Shown here in pieces: positions 61,731 through 64,000 of a stretch of 64,000 bases of DNA. This stretch comes from Candidatus Micrarchaeia archaeon (lineage in GTDB: Archaea > Micrarchaeota > Micrarchaeia > Anstonellales > Anstonellaceae), in the NCBI GenBank assembly GCA_041650255.1, contig JBAZLL010000001.1, positions 100,531 through 164,530 of the forward strand, given 5' to 3'. The position numbers and the translations under genes were made by a program. Below the pieces are notes generated by a model. It was not told the DNA's origin. It searched no databases and was given only the letters and a program-made list of their open reading frames with translations. Within the stretch, counting starts at the first letter, position 1; each line of letters opens with the position of its first letter.

Positions 61731-62441
61731 CTATTGCTTTAGGTATTTCTCCACCTCTTTCTCGTTGAGGATGCTAAATTTCTTCGTAGTAGTGGGGCAA
61801 ATTGCAATCTCAATGTTTTGATTGTCAATTTTAAGCTCGGTATTTTTCTTGAGAGCCTTTATCGCCAGTAAGACTGCGGCGGAAGTGTTGATTTTTTCAC
61901 TGTATTCTTTTTCAAAGAATTCTTCTGCCTCTTTTTTGCCCGAGCCAATCGCGCATGCTTTGTATCCTGTAAGAGCGCCTGATGGTTCTGCCTCGTAAAG
62001 ACGGGGCATATCATCTACGCCTGCTATCAATAGCGATACGCCAAAAGGGCGAATTCCCCCATATTGGGTGTACACCTGCATTAAATCACAAAGCTCTTTT
62101 GCAATCGCCTCGACGCTAATGTCTTCGGCATACGCAATCTTGTGCCTTTGCGCCTCGGTTCTTGCAATATCCACAAGCCTTCTTGCGTCCGCAATAAGTC
62201 CGGATGCAGTTGCCGATATATGAGAGTCAATTTCAAATATTTTTTTCATTGAATCCGGCACAAGCAATTTTGAGGGGGCATTTTTGTATGCCACAAGCAC
62301 AACTCCGTCGGTGCAAACAATGCCGATTGCTGTTGCGCCCCTTCTTACCGCCTCTTTTGCATACTCTACCTGAAATAGCCTGCCGTCCGGCGAGAAGACC
62401 GTGATTGCCCGGTCGTATGCCTGCGATGCTGTCGGATACAT
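61731..62441 (-). CDS. psmA: proteasome subunit alpha
   Basis: YDRAITVFSPDGRLFQVEYAKEAVRRGATAIG. Confidence 0.95.
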   Translation of the reverse strand: MYPTASQAYDRAITVFSPDGRLFQVEYAKEAVRRGATAIGIVCTDGVVLVAYKNAPSKLLVPDSMKKIFEIDSHISATASGLIADARRLVDIARTEAQRHKIAYAEDISVEAIAKELCDLMQVYTQYGGIRPFGVSLLIAGVDDMPRLYEAEPSGALTGYKACAIGSGKKEAEEFFEKEYSEKINTSAAVLLAIKALKKNTELKIDNQNIEIAICPTTTKKFSILNEKEVEKYLKQ

Positions 62442-62629
62442 AAATACACCCCTAAAATAGAATTGTTTTTCTTTACCAATAGGTTATTTTCGGCAATATT
62501 TAAAAATCAACTTCGCCTGAGAGCACTCCTGTCTGAAGGCAGATACTCTAAAGCCGATTTTCCGATTTTTTTGCCCTGTGAAGCTTTCGAGCCTGCTTTT
62601 ATATATCTTCATGTATTACATTGTATTAC

Positions 62630-62941
62630 ATGGAAACCGAGAGCGTCACAATCTCATTGAGGATTCCAAAGGCGTTGAACGCCGATTTGGAAAAATACGC
62701 AAAGCTTGGAAATTATGCCTCAAAAACCGAGCTTTTGAGGGAGGCAATACGCGCAACCCTATACGAGAGCATAGGCACGATGAAGGGGGCGCTGAAGGCA
62801 AAAAGCCGTTCTCTTACAACTTCTCAATGGAGGGCGTCGGAATGGAAAAAAGCCCTTAAAAATTGTGGCGGGGATGCAAAAAAAGCCGCATTAATGCTTG
62901 AGGAAAAAGAGAAAAAAGCCGTCTCATCCTTAAAGTTCTAA
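62630..62941 (+). CDS. ribbon-helix-helix (CopG-like) DNA-binding protein
   Basis: VTISLRIPKALNADLEKYAKLGNYASKTELLREAIRATL. Alternative TTG start at 62621. Confidence 0.6.
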   Translation: METESVTISLRIPKALNADLEKYAKLGNYASKTELLREAIRATLYESIGTMKGALKAKSRSLTTSQWRASEWKKALKNCGGDAKKAALMLEEKEKKAVSSLKF

Positions 62942-63355
62942 AATAAATTTTTCAAGCCTTGAGGATTTAACTATTTCTGCAGCGGTCGGCAGGAACTTCA
63001 AATCATTTGTCACAAGTATGTCTGCGTGTTTTTTTGCAAGGATAGCATGGATAAAATCATTTATGCCATATCTATTCTTGCTTTGCAAGTCAAGCTCCAT
63101 AGCTTTTTGTGTATCCTCCAAAGTCTTTTCCACTATCTCAAGTTTGCCCGCGTTTTTGAAATCGTCAATATGTTTTTGCAATAAAATGTTTGCCCTGCCG
63201 CCGCAAATCATGGATATCTCGGCAAACGTTGTCTTTGAGGCAACAATGATAAATTTGCACCCGATGCCTTTTTTGAAAAAGATTTCGGCATCCGCTTCTC
63301 CCTTTTCTCCCAGCAAATATGTAATGTATATGTTCGCATCCACGTACACTTTCAT
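62930..63355 (-). CDS. PIN-domain (VapC-like) nuclease
   Basis: MKVYVDANIY.., DFIHAILAKKHADILVTNDLKF. Confidence 0.65.
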   Translation of the reverse strand: MKVYVDANIYITYLLGEKGEADAEIFFKKGIGCKFIIVASKTTFAEISMICGGRANILLQKHIDDFKNAGKLEIVEKTLEDTQKAMELDLQSKNRYGINDFIHAILAKKHADILVTNDLKFLPTAAEIVKSSRLEKFILEL

Positions 63356-63438
63356 AAGAATTTTTAGAAAGCCCGGGTATATCTCTTTTTGCAAAGGGTA
63401 GTTTTCCACTGGATGCAAATTCATCCGATTATGTGTTC

Positions 63439-64000
63439 CTATTTCTTTATCACCGAACAGCTCCACATGGTCTCGCTAATCGGCAACGGATATACCGTCG
63501 TGCCCCCGCATGTGGGTATTGACGCATCTTCAGGCTTTAGCTCCTTGCCGCAATCCGTGGTCTGTGCTCCATACGCCGGGTAAATCGTGCTTTCGGCCGA
63601 ATACCTTATCGCGCCCTGTTCATAATATGTATAATACGCGCTCGGGCTGTTGGGGTTGTTTGAATTTCCCTCCCCTTTCACGCAACATCTGTCCGTGCTC
63701 TTAAGCGAGCCGATAAGAAATGGCGCAAGCGGTTGCGCAAGCTCGTTTGCAAATTCCGATACCTTCATTGTTGCAATATCGCATTGGCGCAAATCTGGAT
63801 AGCTTGAAATACCCTCCGAGTCTGCAGAGCACATCTGCATTTTTTCGCCCGCAGAGCGCACCGCGGTGCATATCGCCAAATCAGTCGATTCTTTGCAAAG
63901 ATTGTTTTCGCAAAATTGTTGTGTAATGCAATTGGGTGTGCATTTGTATCTTCCGGCGCTCATTCCCGTACTGTCGCAGGATGTTCCATCCATACATATG
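63439..64000 (-). CDS. Cys-rich, probably extracellular protein (5' end may lie off-window)
   Basis: At least 14 Cys in 184 aa (CTPNCITQQFCENNLCKES..). The reading frame stays open to the window edge. Confidence 0.4.
   Translation of the reverse strand, partial: ICMDGTSCDSTGMSAGRYKCTPNCITQQFCENNLCKESTDLAICTAVRSAGEKMQMCSADSEGISSYPDLRQCDIATMKVSEFANELAQPLAPFLIGSLKSTDRCCVKGEGNSNNPNSPSAYYTYYEQGAIRYSAESTIYPAYGAQTTDCGKELKPEDASIPTCGGTTVYPLPISETMWSCSVIKK

Overview
This is an archaeal chromosomal segment. The evidence is an archaeal histone, FtsZ, the L7Ae-S28e-L24e-Ndk block, the Rrp4/41/42-SBDS-proteasome-alpha superoperon, intron-containing tRNAs, A/T-rich TATA boxes about 25-30 nt upstream of RNA genes, and GGTGA-type ribosome-binding sites. 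It probably comes from a small-genome uncultured lineage, but that is inference only.

I can support about 80 features:
- Housekeeping genes: partial H+-PPase, FtsZ, P-type ATPase, Hef-like helicase, CysRS, GlyRS, PurA, Ndk, peroxiredoxin, HD hydrolase, AMMECR1, dephospho-CoA kinase, rhomboid, PfkB kinase.
- Four tRNAs, two with long introns.
- Stand-alone 5S rRNA, SRP RNA and a very compact RNase P RNA.
- Two permease modules that each include a surface protein: a MacB/FtsX-type ABC set and a YhgE/Pip set.
- Many secreted or anchored proteins of unknown function.

The observations most worth a second look:
1. A seven-gene cluster (49.3-54.8 kb) of class III (type IV pilin-like) signal-peptide proteins, with no assembly ATPase, platform or peptidase nearby.
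2. An NFACT/RqcH homologue split into two genes 12.5 kb apart, broken inside the coiled coil.
3. Exact tandem duplications that start inside tRNA-Ser (3' end) and tRNA-Thr (5' end), together with hairpin-rich sequence and polypyrimidine/polypurine palindromes.
4. An EndA-like splicing endonuclease that seems to lack the catalytic His and Lys.
5. A rhomboid gene whose first TM helix is only encoded if translation starts at ATT behind a well-placed GGTGAT.
6. Zinc-ligand-free L24e and L37ae.
7. GC-rich terminator-shaped hairpins sitting in divergent promoter regions.

No CRISPR array, transposase, integrase or recognisable defence system was seen.
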